Source: Protoeuglena noctilucae
Lineage: Eukaryota
Direction of reading: 5' to 3'
Assembly: GCA_958009085.1 (NCBI GenBank)
Contig: OY253682.1
Coordinates: forward strand, 744,001-808,000
DNA: 64,000 nucleotides
In this document: positions 23,511 to 36,888 of the stretch, in pieces
How the letters are laid out: each line of letters starts with the position of its first letter
How positions within the stretch are numbered: the first letter of the stretch is position 1
Translations under genes and position numbers: made by a program
The notes under the pieces: generated by a model
The model's database searches: none
The model's input: only the letters and a program-made list of their open reading frames with translations
What the model was told of the DNA's origin: nothing

Positions 23511-24030
23511 ATGTGAGCGCTCTTTGCATGGACCTGTTCTCGGATGCGTCACTATGCTCCGGGGTCGAGCAGGGGGCTTCGCTCGAGAGCGCACGCACAC
23601 GTGGCTGAGCTGCTGCCCAGGACTCGCGTCTCAGCTTCACATCTGTGCTCGTGTTAAGCGACGTGAAACCTGTGAGGGGTACGTTCATCGCAGGGCGGGC
23701 CATCAGCCCCCCGCTCCGCGGGTGGAGCTGGACGAGCAGTGGGACGCGGCGCTCGAGTATTCGATACGATCCGTCATCTACAGCACCATCGGGGGATGCG
23801 TAGCGGCTTATTCACTCTTCCGTGAGTCCTAAGCGATGCTGTCGGCGCCCGCGCTCGCGATGCGAGCCGTGGGCCCCAACCGGTGCCATGCCCGACTCCC
23901 CGCAGGCACCCCCGGGACGCGCAAGATGGTCATGGGCATCGGCTTTGGTTTTGGCATGGGCAACGCCTTCCACGCGAGCCAGCGCGAGCTGCGCCGGCTC
24001 TGGGGTCACAGCGAGGAGCGCGCTGCTTGA
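23511..24030 (+). CDS. MIC10: MICOS complex subunit MIC10 (DUF543), 3 exons; start codon split by intron 1
   Basis: AT (23511-23512) | intron 23513-23693 | G gives MAGHQPPAPRVELDEQWDAALEYSIRSVIYSTIGGCVAAYSLFR|TPGTRKMVMGIGFGFGMGNAF. The WD motif and the GxGxGxG motif in the second TM are characteristic of MIC10. Confidence 0.8.
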
Positions 24031-24273
24031 AGCTCCCTGGGTTGCCTGTGCCGTGATTCACGTCCCTGTTCCCGCCGCACTCTCTGCTGGTTCGCTTTCT
24101 TCGGCGGCTCGCTCGCTGCTCAGCTTTTGCTCTTGAACGAGGAAAGGTCACGCGCAGCCAGCTCCGGGCATGCGTCTGGACGGCCGGGTGCCGAAGGGCG
24201 ACACCTAGCTCCGCCCCTTGGCAGCTACTCCGTTCCGCTCCCGCAGCGCCGGTTGGCCTGACTCAGTGCGCCG

Positions 24274-26298
24274 TCACGGCTCGTAGCACAGCATGGGCCT
24301 CAGCCACTTCTCCATGTCCTCCACAGGCCGCCCCTTGCGTGCCGCATAGTCCGCCACCTGCTCCTTGGTGATCTTGCCGACCGCAAAGTACTTGGACTCC
24401 TTCGCGGCGAAGTACAGGCCCGACACGGACGCGGCCGGCAGCATGGCGAGGCTCTCCGTCAGCTCCACCCCAATCGCGTCCTTCACGCCCATCAGGTCCC
24501 ACATGGTCTCCTTCTCCGTGTGGTCCGGCTGAGAGGGGTAGCCCGGCGCAGGGCGGATGCCCCGGTACTTGACCTTGAGCAGGTCCGGGCACGAGAGGCG
24601 CTCGTCGGGCGCGTAGCCCCACATCTCGCGCCGGACGTCCTCGTGGAGCTTCTCCGCAAATGCCTCGGCCAGGCGGTCGGCAAGGGCCTCGGCCAGGATG
24701 ATCTTAGGTGCGGGAGAGAGGGGGTCGGGGTCGGTGCACCAGTGACGGGCCAGGCGAGGGCGCGGGGGTGGCAGCACAGGCGACGGCACAAGAGGGAGCT
24801 AGCACAGGTCAAGGCGCAGTGGCACAAGTTGCAGGAACGAGGCGACGTGACTAAACGTGCCTTGCCACCCCACCCCACATGACCTGCACGCTGTGTCTCA
24901 CACACAGGCACCACCCTGCTATCCCATGCCTCACCTTGTAGTCGTCGTGGTCCTTCTTGTAGTGCTCCGTCAGCTTCTCGAGGCCGAAGCCAGCCGACAC
25001 TACGAACATCCCCAGGTAGTCCTTCAGCCCCGTCGACTTGGGGGCAATGAAGTCTGCGGGGTGACCAGGGGCACAATGGTTGTCAGGTGCCCAACGGATG
25101 GGATGGCACCAAGCAGCATGAAGAAGCAGATAAGTGACAGGCCGGCTTCTGCACCTAGCTATATGTCCCACGGCTCTCTGCTCTAACACACGTCCACCCC
25201 CAGCCTCTTCCCACCCCACGTACTCACCGGACACGCAGCAGTAGGGCTCGCTGCCTTCCTTCTCCGCCTGCTGCCTCAGCCCGAAGAACCGCGCCCGCAC
25301 CGCCTCGCGTCCCTCGTCCGCGTACACCTCGATGTCGTCCCCCGCCGCGTTGGCCGGGTAGATGCCCACGATGCCGCGCATCGTGAGGAGGCGCTTCTCG
25401 CGCATCTCCGCCAGCATCGCCTGGGCCTCGTCGAAGAGCTTCTTGGCCTCCACGCCCACCGTCTCGTCCTTGAAGATGCGGGGGTAGCCGCGGTTGGGGT
25501 ACCGCCCACGCAGCTCCCACACCTGCGGGAGGACGAGCGAGGGGCAGGCCACGCGTCAGGGCTGTGGTGGTTGCAGCTGCCTCTTAGACTGCCATGCCTG
25601 GCGGTGAGCGGTGTACAACATGGAGCGCCACCCTGTCAGTGGATCGCACAGCTCATCTGCGGCTGTGTGTCCCCGCCAGCACCCATGCGTTCGCCTTGGC
25701 AATCCCCACCTGCCGCCTGCGCCTTGCCTGGAAGAAGGGGTTCCAATCGATGTAGGCGAGGACGTCCTCGATGGAGCACTCGATGGCCTTGGTGCCGACG
25801 AAGTTGGGGACGGCCGGGCGGTTGGCCTCGTCAGCCCAGTCCACCACCGCCGGCCGGGCGCGGGCGGTGGCCAGGTCCGCGTACCTCCGGTCCTCCAGCC
25901 CCGCGTAGAACTGGTCCCTCATCTCCGCGTACTGCTCCCGGACGTCCTCTTCGAACGACTCCCGCACCTCCGCGGCCTTGTCGACCAGGGCCTGGGCCAC
26001 GGGCACGGCACGGGAGGCGTCGAGGACGTACACGGTCGTGCCCGTGTAGGCAGGGGCGATCTTGACGGCCGTGTGCATCTTGGAGGTGGTGGCGCCGCCG
26101 ATGAGGAGGGGCGTGCGCAAGCCTCGCTCCTCCATCTTGCGCGCCACGGTGACCATCTCGTCCAGCGAGGGCGTGATGAGGCCCGACAGGCCGATGAGGT
26201 CGGCGCGGTGCTCGGCGGCGGCGTCGAGGATCTTGTCGACCGGGCACATGACGCCCAGGTCGATGACCTTGAAGTTGTTGCACCCCAGCACGACCGAC

Positions 26299-26330
<32 letters not shown>

Positions 26331-29300
26331 CTTGACGGTGGCAATCACGAACACGGGCTGGTTGTCCTCGCCCACCGTGCCGCTCAGGCGCTTCTCCTCC
26401 TCGATGAACGGGATCAGGTGAGCCACCGCCTTCTTCATCACGCGGGCCGACTTGATCACCTGCAAAGCACAACTCGAGAGCTCAGATGTCACCACACGGC
26501 TCATGGCACCGCTCAAAACAAGGGCATGCCTAGCGCCCAGCAGCATTAGACGTGGGCCACACCATCGGCCGCGCCAGCACCGCCTCTGCTCCACCCACAC
26601 GCCAAGGCACAGCAAGGCGTCAGCCATGGAGCCTAGCCCCGACCCCTACAACTACCACCCCAGCCCTCACCTGCGGCAGGAACATCTTCCCGGCCCCAAA
26701 AAGGTCCCCGACGACGTTCATTCCGTCCATGAGGGGGCCCTCAATGACCTGCAGGGGCTTCTCATACGCCCCGCTCGTGCGGCACTCCTCGGTGTCAGAA
26801 ACCACGAACTCATCGATGCCGTTGACCAGCGCGTGCTCGATGCGCTTCTTGACAGGAAGAGAGCGCCAGTCGTCGGCCTTGCGGGCGCCCCGGTCGCCGC
26901 CCTTGCCGGCCGTGGCGCTGCCCCGCTTGACCACCGCCGTCGGCACCGACTTGGGCTCAATCTGCTCGGCGTAGGCCAGCAGGCGCTCGGTGGCATTTGA
27001 GCAGCGGTTCAGCAGCACGTCCTCGACGTACTCGAGCAGCTCCTTGTCGATTTTGGCATAGTCATCCGCCTTGACCTGCACCCAGACGCAAGCACGCACG
27101 ACGCGCTGAGTTATGTGGGTACCATGACAGGCGGCAAACGCACTAAAACGCACCGCAACTAACGCAACCGAGCACATGCTTGCATGATCTTCCACAAGCA
27201 CACCAGCAGGCCCCCTCAGTGGCTGCACACAAGCATGCAAGACCCACGGCAGCCAGGCCACCCCGCACACGCGCAGCGCCCGCCCGCAGCCCCCGCCCCG
27301 CCCCTCTCGCCTGCGCCGAGTTGACAATGCCCATGTCCATCCCCGCCGCGCACGCGTGGTGCAGGAACGCCGAGTGGAACGCCCGCCGCACCGCCTCGTT
27401 CCCCCGGAAGCTGAACGCGATGTTCGACACCCCCCCCGACACCTTGCACCCCGGGCACACCCGCTTGATCTCGCGCGTCGCCCGGATGAAGTCCACCGCG
27501 TAGTTGTTGTGCTCCGCCAGCCCCGTCCCCACCGTCAGGATGTTGGGGTCGAAGATGACGTCCTGCGGGTCGAACCCCACCTCCTCCACCAGGATGCGGA
27601 ACGACCGCTGGCAGATGCGCACCTTGTCCGCGTACCCCGCCGCCTGCCCCTCCTCATCGAACGCCATCACCACCACCGCCGCCCCGTGCCGCTTGATCAC
27701 CGCCGCCCGCTCCCGGAACTCCGCCTCCCCCTCCTTCAGCGAGATCGAGTTCACGATCGCCTTCCCCTGGCAGCACTTCAGCCCCGCCTCCACGATGGCG
27801 AACTTGGAGCTGTCGATCATGAACGGCACCCGCGACACCTCCGGGTCCGACACCAGCAGGTTCACGAACTTGGTCATCGCCCCCACCCCCTCGATCAGCC
27901 CGTCGTCCATGTTCAGGTCCAGCACCTGCGCCCCGTCCTGCACCTGCTTCAGCGCGATCGCCGACGCCTTCTCCCAGTCCCCGTCCACCACCGCCCGCTT
28001 GAACACCGTCGACCCCGCCACGTTGCACCGCTCCCCGATGTGCAGGAACGTCTCCCGCTGCCGCCCCTCCCGCGGCGCGTACGTGAAGGGCTCCAGCCCC
28101 GACAGACGCAGCGCCGCCTCCACCCCGTGCCGCGCCCGCGGCGCCCGCGACCGGAACCGCTCCGCGATGGCGCGGATGTGCTCGGGCGTGCTCCCGCAGC
28201 ACCCCCCGATCGCGTTCAGCAGCCCCGCCTCCACCATCGGCTCGATCTCCCGCGCCATCTCCTCCGGCTTCTGGTCATAGCCCCCCATGGCGTTCGGCAG
28301 CCCCGCGTTGGGATATGCGAACACGAAGCAGTCCGCCACCCGCGACAGGTTCGCCAGGTACGGCGCCATGTCCTGCGCCCCCAGCGCGCAGTTCAGCCCC
28401 ACCGCGAACGGCCGCGCGTGCGCCACCGAGTTCCAGAACGCCTCGTTCGTCTGCCCCGACAGCGTCCGCCCCGACTTGTCCACGATCGTCCCCGACACCA
28501 TCACCGGCAGCCGCGTCCCGCTCGCCGCGAAGAACCGCTCCAGCGCGTACAGCGCTGCCTTGGCGTTGAGCGTGTCGAAGATCGTCTCCACCAGGAACAC
28601 GTCCACCCCGCCCTCCGCCAGCGCCTCGATCTGCTCGTAGTACGCCGCTTCCACCTCGTCGTACGTGATGCCGCGCGCCGCGGGGTCCTCCACGTTCGGC
28701 GACACCGACAGCGTCTTGTTCGTCGGCCCAATGGCCCCCGCCACGAACCGCGGCTTGCTCGGGTCCCGCTCCGTGTACCGCCGCGCCGCCCCCACCGCCA
28801 GCTCCGCCGCCCGCCGGTTGATGTCCCGCACCACGTCCCCCCGCCCCAGCTCGTAGTCCGCCTGCGAGATGCGCGTCCCGTTGAACGTGTTCGTCTCGAT
28901 GATGTCCGCCCCCGCCTCCAGGTACCGCTCGTGGATCTCCGTCACCACGTCCGGCCGCGTCAGCACCAGCAGGTCGTTGTTGCCCTTCAGCTCGTGCCCG
29001 TGGTCCGCGAACCGGTCCCCGCGGAAGTCCTCCTCCGCAAGCCGGTAGCCCTGGATGCACGTCCCCATCGCGCCGTCGATGAACATCATGCGGCACTGCA
29101 GGGGGAGGGCGGGAAGCGGGGTCGGGAGCGCAGCTGTGAGCCGCCGTTGCACTTATGAGAAAGCGATGCGCAGCGCACCTCCATCAGCTGGGTGAGCTTC
29201 GCGAAGGCATCGGATTTTTTAACGGGGTCCACGTACGGCTTGTAGACGGGAACACCTCCGTCGGCCTCTCCGTTGGCCCCTCCGTTCGCCTCCCCGTTGC

Positions 29301-29388
29301 TCGTGGGGCCGGAACTCGCTTCCGGCCCCTGGCCGTTCAGGTGGGGATCCACTCGGCTCCTGGCGCTGTCTCGCTTCTTCACGATCAT
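24274..29388 (-). CDS. METH: Cobalamin-dependent methionine synthase, 7 coding exons (start may extend upstream)
   Basis: Homocysteine-binding domain ([28 protein letters not shown]), pterin domain ([16 protein letters not shown]), cap domain (GKMFLPQV), B12-binding motif ([17 protein letters not shown]) and activation domain ([16 protein letters not shown]). Confidence 0.97.
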
Positions 29389-30233
29389 AGCGCCCTTGGA
29401 GCGAGTGGAGCGCGGCCTGGGCTTGCTGGTCCTCTCTCGTACAGCCAGCGCGACCTGCAGGCGCGAGGCGATGGCCACAATTCCAATCCGGGACGACCCG
29501 CATGGTGTAACCAAGCGATATCCGCCACAGTTTCTATCGCACAGAGCTGCAGCCCGTTCGAAATGCGGCGCTGGGATATGGGCTCACGCTCACAGCCACG
29601 AAGGCTCGCGGCGCATGGGAAAGGTCCTAAATGCGCCGTCCACGCTCCACACATGCACACGAGGGCATTAGTCCGGCAGAGCAATGCCTGATGGCCTGCG
29701 GTGCGGCGGAGGGCCGCAGGATGCCCGCAGCCCGCCGCCCGTTCCTGATCCTGCAGGCGCGCTCACCGCGACGGCCACAGCCGCGCCCAGAACCTTTGAT
29801 TGAGTCGCCCCCATCTCTCTACGAAAAGTTAGGGCCCGGCGGGCACGGATGCCGGCGAGCTCGGGCCTGCTAAAGATCTCGCGCTCCCGCCGGCGCCAGG
29901 CCTGCTTTGTCGATCGCCATCGACGACTGACATGCAGGGTATGAGGTAGGATGGACGCTGCGGCCGCAACCTCAAGAGCGTGTGCGCCTGACACTTCCCC
30001 GCCAGCGGCGCAGCGCCGGTGGCTAACCTGGCCTCAGCTGCGTTGGCACACACGATCCCATGGCATTCTTGACCTCGCGATCAGTATTTGCGGAGTACAT
30101 TGGATCCCCGGCGATACTGTACTGTCCGACGCACACGAGCAGAAAACACGTCCTATCCACTCTTTGGCTCGACTTGAGGGCAGGTTCGACGACGACAGGG
30201 TGGGCGGGAGCCCGGGCGACGGGGCCCACTGTC

Positions 30234-31671
30234 ATGTCGCTGCCACGGCGGCCTCTTGGGTCGACAGGGCTGCACGCCTCGGTCCTCGGCTTCGGGGGCT
30301 CGCCGCTGGGCGGAGTGTTCCGGGTGAGGGCTTGGGCGTGCGGGTTCTGGGGCTACCAGAGAGTGTCTGGCTTGAGTGAAAGCCTGGGCCCTCTCGACCG
30401 GCCGCCTTGCCTTCCTCCACGCTCAGGACGTGCCGGAAGAGGTGGCCGTGGCATCTGTACAGGAGGCTTTCCGCCTGGGGATCAACTTTTTCGATACGTC
30501 GCCGTACTATGCGAGCACCAAGGTGCGTGCATGCAGGACCGGCCGCGGCAGCACGCCTGCCCGGGACGGGAGCAGCCATGTGTGAGGGGCGGGCCGCTTT
30601 GTTGGCTCGTGGCGTCTGTGCGACCGCGGCGCGTGACATGCCGCCCGTGCTGGCAGATGCCCAGGCTGATCATGTGGTGTCCGCGACGCCGCGCACATGC
30701 ACCCTTCCCCGCAGTCCGAGGCGGTGCTCGGCAAAGCCCTGGAGGCGCTCCCAAGGGACCAGGTGATTGTGGCGACCAAGGTCGGTCGCTACGGGCCCGA
30801 CATCGCCGACTTCGACTTCTCCGCCGATAGGGTCACGCGGTCGGTGAGGGAGTCGCTGGAGCGTCTCCGCATGCCCTACATCGACATCATCCAGTGCCAC
30901 GACGTGGAGTTCGGGGACCTGGACCAGGTGGCTCGGGAGACGATCCCAGCGCTCATCAAGGTGCGCTGCTGGGCTAGCTTTGTCTCTCCTGAGCTGCAGT
31001 CACGTGCTACTTCCATGGCGCTGTCCCCAAACAGCAGGGCCCGTCCCTGCTGCCCTGTGGACCGCTTCTGAGCGTGTGTGGAACAGATGGCCTTAACAGC
31101 GCCCCCTTCTTCGCTCGCGCAGCTGAAGGAGGCGGGTCTCGTGCGTCACATCGGCGTGACGGGGCTGCCCTTCAAGGCGCTGCGGCACGTCCTCGACCGT
31201 GTGCCCCCGGGCAGCGTCGAGACCGTCCTCTCGTACTGCCACTACTGCCTCAACGACACGACGCTCGTGAACCACATCCCGTACTTCCAGGCCAAAGGCC
31301 TGGGCGTCATCAACGCCTCGCCGTTCTCCATGGGCCTGCTGACCGACGCCGGCCCGCCGGCGTGGCACCCGGCACCGCCCGCGCTCAAGGCCGCGGCCGC
31401 GAGGGCAGCCGCGCTCTCCCGCGAGCGCGGGGTGGACCTGCCGCGGCTCGCCCTCACGTTCGCGGTGCGGAACGAGAGCATCGCCACGACGCTGGTGGGC
31501 ATGAGCGAGCCCGAGGAGGTGCGTGCGAACGTGCGCGCGACGCTCGGGGCCCTCGGCCTGGGGGAGGGGTTAAGCCCGGAGCTGGAGACGGAGCTGTCCT
31601 CCAAGGTCCTCGGGGAGCTGGCCGACGTGCGGGACGTGACGTGGCCTTCCGGGCGGCCCGAGAACAACTAG
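30234..31671 (+). CDS. GalDH: L-galactose dehydrogenase-like aldo-keto reductase, 4 exons
   Basis: RRPLGSTGL..LGFGGSPLGGVF, GINFFDTSPYY, ATKVGRYG..FDFSADRV, IQCHDVEFGDLDQV, LSYCHY, GPPAWHPAP and TWPSGR. An in-frame upstream ATG exists at 30060. Confidence 0.9.
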
Positions 31672-32762
31672 CGGCGGTTGGTTGAAGAGCGGTGTTCAGA
31701 TGACGTCCCCCTGTCATGTATGGCCGCTCTCTGAGGGCCGCGCCGCGACCGGCACCATCCCTGCGTGTCAGCGACACGTCAGAGCCGGCGGCCGAGGGCC
31801 TCGAGACGCCCGTGGCCGTCCCGCGTGCTACCTTTCCGTGCCGCGCACCGACACGCCCCGCCGTAGCCGAATCCTTGTCCCCCCGGGCGCGCCGTCGAGC
31901 CCCCGCGCGCTGCTGAGCCCCTAGGTGGCGCCGACGACCGATTGACTGGACGAGAGTGTTTCTACGATCGAGCGGACCGCGCGGCGCGGCCTGGTTTTCC
32001 GCCTTTTCGCGGCGCGCGGGTCGGCAGGAGTGGCGGCACGATGGTGGACGGCAAGGCGACCGGGGAAAGCAGCTCTTCGGAGCTGAGGACTGATCCCATC
32101 GCCCAGGGGTTCCGGCCCGCGCCGACCAAGGTGGGTGGTGCCGTCGTCGCGCGGCGCCCGCGGGGGGCTGCCCGGCGCAGCTCTTTCGCGCTCTCGGAAC
32201 AGTTGTCGTAGGCTGGGCGTGGCGGCCATCACCCCGCCTGCTTGACCAGATTTGGCGCGCCTGGGCCGTCACGGCTCCCCCGCCGCGGACGATATTGGGG
32301 CTTGCGCGCGTCCCGCGCTGTCGTTGGGGCTTCCGGACGCGCTCGCGCGTGGCGGGGGCCCGGGCGGAGCCCCCGGGGCGGCAGACTTGGCCCTTTCGAG
32401 GGGCAGCGCGAATTCCCGAGCTCGGGGGGTCGCGGGGATTGCCGTGGGGCATGTATGCACGCAGTAATCGCATTCAAGTACGCGCCGCTGCCGTTTTCGT
32501 CCCTCCTAGTCCCCCGGCCGCATCACCCGGGCCCCCTCCCCGTTTCGGGGGTCCGACCCGCCCCCGGGGGCCTCGCCCCGTCCCCTCTCCTCCGCACACG
32601 TATCGATTTTCAAGCGACGGCTCCGATTTTGGTGGCCGACGTAGGCCCCGCGCGCAGCTGCGGACTCTGGACGTCGGGGCGGCTGTCGCGACCCGCCCCC
32701 GTCGCGGGAGGGCGCTCTCTGCGGCCGCGGCGGCGTCAACCTGTCGAATTTCACATCCGCAG

Positions 32763-35700
32763 ATGGCGTGGGCATCGGTCGTCAAGTCGGAGGCCAAGGA
32801 TACGCCGCGGAACGGCTCGGCAGTGCCCAAGGGAGATGCCTCGCCCGCCGAGGCCCCGGTGGACGACGCGGCCGCCGCCCCGCAGCGGCAGCGGCAGGAG
32901 GCGGAGGAGGGTCAGGCCGAGGTCAAGGCGAAGGTCGAGGCGCCGGCGGCGCCCCCCAAGCCCGCCTGGAACCGGCCCCTGCCCCCGCCGACGGACGTCC
33001 CCGCGCCGCTCGAGGGCGCCGGAGCCTCCTGGCCGACGCTCGGGGAAACCAAGGACATACCGGCGAAGAAGAAGTCGACGGGCGGCGAGCAGAGCGTCTC
33101 CCCGCCCACGGCCAAGGTGCGCGTCGGCGGCGGCCGGGAGCTCGGGGCGCCACCGGTCGCCCGGGACCGCGCCGCCCGATCCCAGGCCCTCCCCTGCGTG
33201 CAGGCGGACAAGGCAGCCCGTCCCGCTGCGGAGGGCGAGGCGCCGGGACCGGCGGAGGCGCGGCCGGACAAGCCCCGCACGGCCGACGCCCCGCGGCGAC
33301 CTGCGAGCTCCAAGGGCGCCCGCCTGCAGTCCGTGCAGCCCGTGGGGGACAGGAGTCCTCCGGGGCAGCCGCGCGGTGGGCAGGGCTCCAAGAGGGAGGG
33401 CGGGCCGCCAGCCTTGGGACCCCAGGCGGCGGCGGCAGCCCCTTTCCGGGGCGGGCGAGGGCGCGGCAGCGGTCCCCACGGTGCGTGGTCGGCGCCGCAG
33501 AGTTTGTTTCGCTCCTCTCCCTCGCCCGGCTCGCCCTCCGCCCGGCGCTGACTGCACCTGTGCCTTTGCCCGCAGATGCGATGCATGGGCCGGAGGGGCA
33601 GGGGCCCCGGGGCGGGCGCGGAGGGCGCGGGGGGCGTGGCGGCGGGCGTGGCGGCGGCGTGGGGCGCGGCGGCATGGCCATGCCGGCCGGTGTGGGGATG
33701 GCGGCCTCCGGGGGCTATACCTACGCGCCCATGTATCCCTTCGTCGCGGCGCCCTACTTCTACCCCCAAAACTTCACCGGCGAGATCGTCCCCGGCCTGG
33801 AGGAGATCAAGGTGGCCGTCCGTGACCAGGTCGAGTACTACTTTAGCCCGGAGAACCTCACGGGCGACATTTTCATGCGTCAGAAGATGAGCGACCAGGG
33901 CTGGATCCCCGTGTACATCATCGCCAACTTCCGGAGGGTCAAGCTGCTCACGCCCGACTACAACCTGGTCGCGGAGGCGCTGGCCGGGTCGCAGGTGCGG
34001 CGCGGGCTGGCGGTGGAGTGTCTTGGGGGCTGGTCTCGAGTGGGCTGTGGGGCTGGGCTTGCATCGCCAGCCAGGGCTGGGCGCGAGTGTGTGATGGCAA
34101 TTCCATCGTGCTCTTCTAATGCGCTGTCTAGCCACGCTTGTTTGGTGGGAGCGGAGCCGAGGGACTGGGGTTGGGACATTTGGGCGGCAGGGTAAGCCTG
34201 GCCCCGTTCGGTCGTCGTCCGCAGGTGGTGGAGGTGTCGGAGGACTGGTATTACGTTCGCCGCCGGTCAGACTGGGAGCAGTGGGTGCTGCCCCCGGCAG
34301 AGCGGGACCCCATCGCGCGGCCCCCGGCGGCCGAGCAGAGCCGTGGGGAGGCCCCGGCGGGTGGGGCCGCGCCGCCGTCGCAGCCGCCGGCAGCCTCGGG
34401 CGCTGCGGATGCGGCGGACGCCGCGAGTGGGGACACGGGGGCGGCTGCGGGGGGTGAGACGAGCCCCGCGGGGCAGGCGCCGGCAGGGGCTGCGGCTGGT
34501 GCTGCGGCGGGTGCTGCGGCGGGGGCGGGGGAGGCTGCGGGGAGCGGTCGAGGGGACAAGTGGGGCGACGCGAACGGGACGGAGCATGCGGGCGCCGCGG
34601 GGCCGGCCGCGGCGAGGAGTCATGACGGTGGCAATGGCGCGGGCGCGGGCAAGCCGCCCCTGCACTCCTCGGGCCTCCCGAACGGGGTGCACGTGGCCCC
34701 CGGGGCGCACGGCGCGGCGGACGAGGAGCTGGAGCTGGAGGAGTGCGACATGTTTGATCTAGAGGACGAGAAGGACGGCAAGACGCCCCTACGTTCGGTG
34801 CGTGAGGACGCGGACGTGGAGGAGGACCGGGAGGAGGGCTTAGACGACGAGACGCTGCGGCGGCTGGTGGTAGTGACGCCGTCGCGGCGCATCCCGAACG
34901 GTGCGCCGGCGGCGACGGGGTCGACGTGGTCGCGCGAGACGATCGACACGATCCGGGACGGGCTGACGGCGCTGGGGCGGGGGCACGGCGGGGCGAGCGA
35001 CCTGGGGGCGTCCCCGCCCGTGACGCGGGGTTCGCCGGCGCTGTCGCGCTCGCGGCGCCCGAGCGGGGGCGCGGCCAGCGGGGCCGGGCGCTGGCGGGGC
35101 GGCAACACGCCGGCGGGGCACTTCTACCCCGCCTCGCACCCCAAGGGCGGCCACATGGCGCAGGCGGCGCAGGCGGCGCGGGCGCGCGGGTCTGGGGTGG
35201 GGTGGTTCCTGGGGAGCGAGGCGTCGACGGGGGAGCTGGCGGGCACCAGCCCCGGGACGCTGACCTTTGCGGGCGGGTCGAGCCAGCCCCGGAGCATCAG
35301 CCGCGTGGGGTCGGGGATCATGGGGTCCTCCCCCACGGGTGAGTGCGCCGCGCCTGGCCTGGCACACTCGCAATGCCTCGGCCTTGCTAGCCACCCTGTG
35401 CGCGCCTGCTTGCCTTCCCTCCAGGCCTCCTCCAGCACCCTTCATGTCTTCCTGCGCTATGCTTGATGCATATTCACACAAGTCCCTCTCCTGGTATCCC
35501 TCGCAGTGGGCTCCCTCCCGCTCCCCAAGTTCCACCACCCGTCGCGCGCTTTGCTGGAGGAGAAGGGTTTCCGCCAGATGGAGTACCAGCGCTTCCTGAA
35601 GCGGTGCCTCGAGGACCGGGCGCAGAAGGGTCCCGGCCAGAGCGACGACATGAACACCCTCTTCCGCTTCTGGTGCTACTTCCTGCGCGACAATTGGAGC

Positions 35701-36185
35701 GCGCGCATGTACGAGGACTTCAAGCGCCTGGCCGAGGAGGACGCCCGCGTGGGCGCCTGGTACGGCCTCGAGTCCCTGTTCCGCCTCTTCTCCTACGGCC
35801 TTGAGATGCGCTTCAGCCGCCGCGTCTATACCGAGTTCGAGGACTTCACGCTGCGCTACTGGGAGAGCCATGAGTTCCTCTACGGCCTGGAGAAGTTCTG
35901 GGCCTTCCACCACTACCACGGCTTCCCGGAGGGCAGCGACGCCGAGATCCACCCCAAGGTGACGCGCGAGGGGGTTGCAAGTGCGGGAGTTGTGGCGTGG
36001 GTGCGGGGCACATTCATGGGCGCTGCGACGGACGGGCTGTGACAGGGACGCAGGGTGCGCATGGAGATGGGAAGCGCTCATTGTCAATCTCGATGCCCTG
36101 TTCGCAGCTCAAGCAGTTGTTGGAGACGGAGTTCAAGTGTCTGGATGACTTCAAGAGGGCACGCAAGGTCAACGGCACGCACTGA
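32763..36185 (+). CDS. LARP1: La-related protein 1 (La motif plus DM15 domain), about 6 coding exons
   Basis: RGG box, La motif ([36 protein letters not shown]) and DM15 ([42 protein letters not shown]). The ATG directly follows an intron-acceptor-like cgcag. Confidence 0.92.
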
Positions 36186-36888
36186 CGAGCGTGCTAATAC
36201 ATAGTGTGGGGTTGCGGTGTGGGCGTCCATGTTGTCGGGACGAGGTTGCGGGTGGTGGGAGGGGACGGGTGAGAAGGGGCGTTTGGAGCTCAAGACGATG
36301 GGCGAGCTGCTCGAGGATGGGGCGGTCAGCTTAGCCGAAAGGGGCTGGGCGTTGCGAGACTGGGTGCGAGGTCGAGGGGGTGGGGCGGTCGGGACAGGGA
36401 AGGGCGTGTGTGCAGAGACGGTGGGCCTGGACGGCCCTGAGCGTATCCCTGTTCGTGCCCCCCTGTCGGTTGCGTTTGTGTTGTGCTCTCCCCTTTTCCG
36501 TGTGTTGTTTCGGTTGCAGCACCGATCAGCCGCGCCTCTTCGGCGCGGCCGATTTCCTGGCGAGGCGTGATAACTGGCCCTCCGTGCACGGCAGCCCGCG
36601 AGCCGCTCGCGGGCAGAGAAAGAGAAAAACTAACGGCGCCGCCGTGCGCCATGTCAAGATTTGAATGAAGCATTGCACTAGTGCGATTCCAGGACGTGTT
36701 TTGGGGACAACTCGTGATGTGGTGTGGAACATCACGTTCCAACACCCGACGCTCGTCTGGCCGATGCCAGGTGGTCAGGCGGGGACAGCCAGCCCGTGGC
36801 CAGACTTCATGGCACGACTGGTTGAAGAGAGGGTCCTCAAAGGGAAGGGCAAGTTGGTAGGAAACGCTCAGGCGTGCCTTCTGGCCCT

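Noticed and set aside
27356..29158. 600-aa plus-strand ORF, and many other long antisense or alternative-frame ORFs across the window
   Set aside because: These are shadow ORFs caused by high GC3 and scarce stop codons opposite real genes (here MetH). They carry no recognisable motifs.
18032..31671. PCS, MetH and GalDH as a thiol/metal/redox gene cluster
   Set aside because: They are interleaved with unrelated genes (DA1-like, GNAT, ZnF, MIC10) and show no shared motif, so chance adjacency is sufficient.
31700..32760. GC-rich ORFs upstream of LARP1
   Set aside because: There is no coding motif, and the region ends in an acceptor-like cgcag directly before the LARP1 ATG. It is best read as promoter plus 5'UTR intron.
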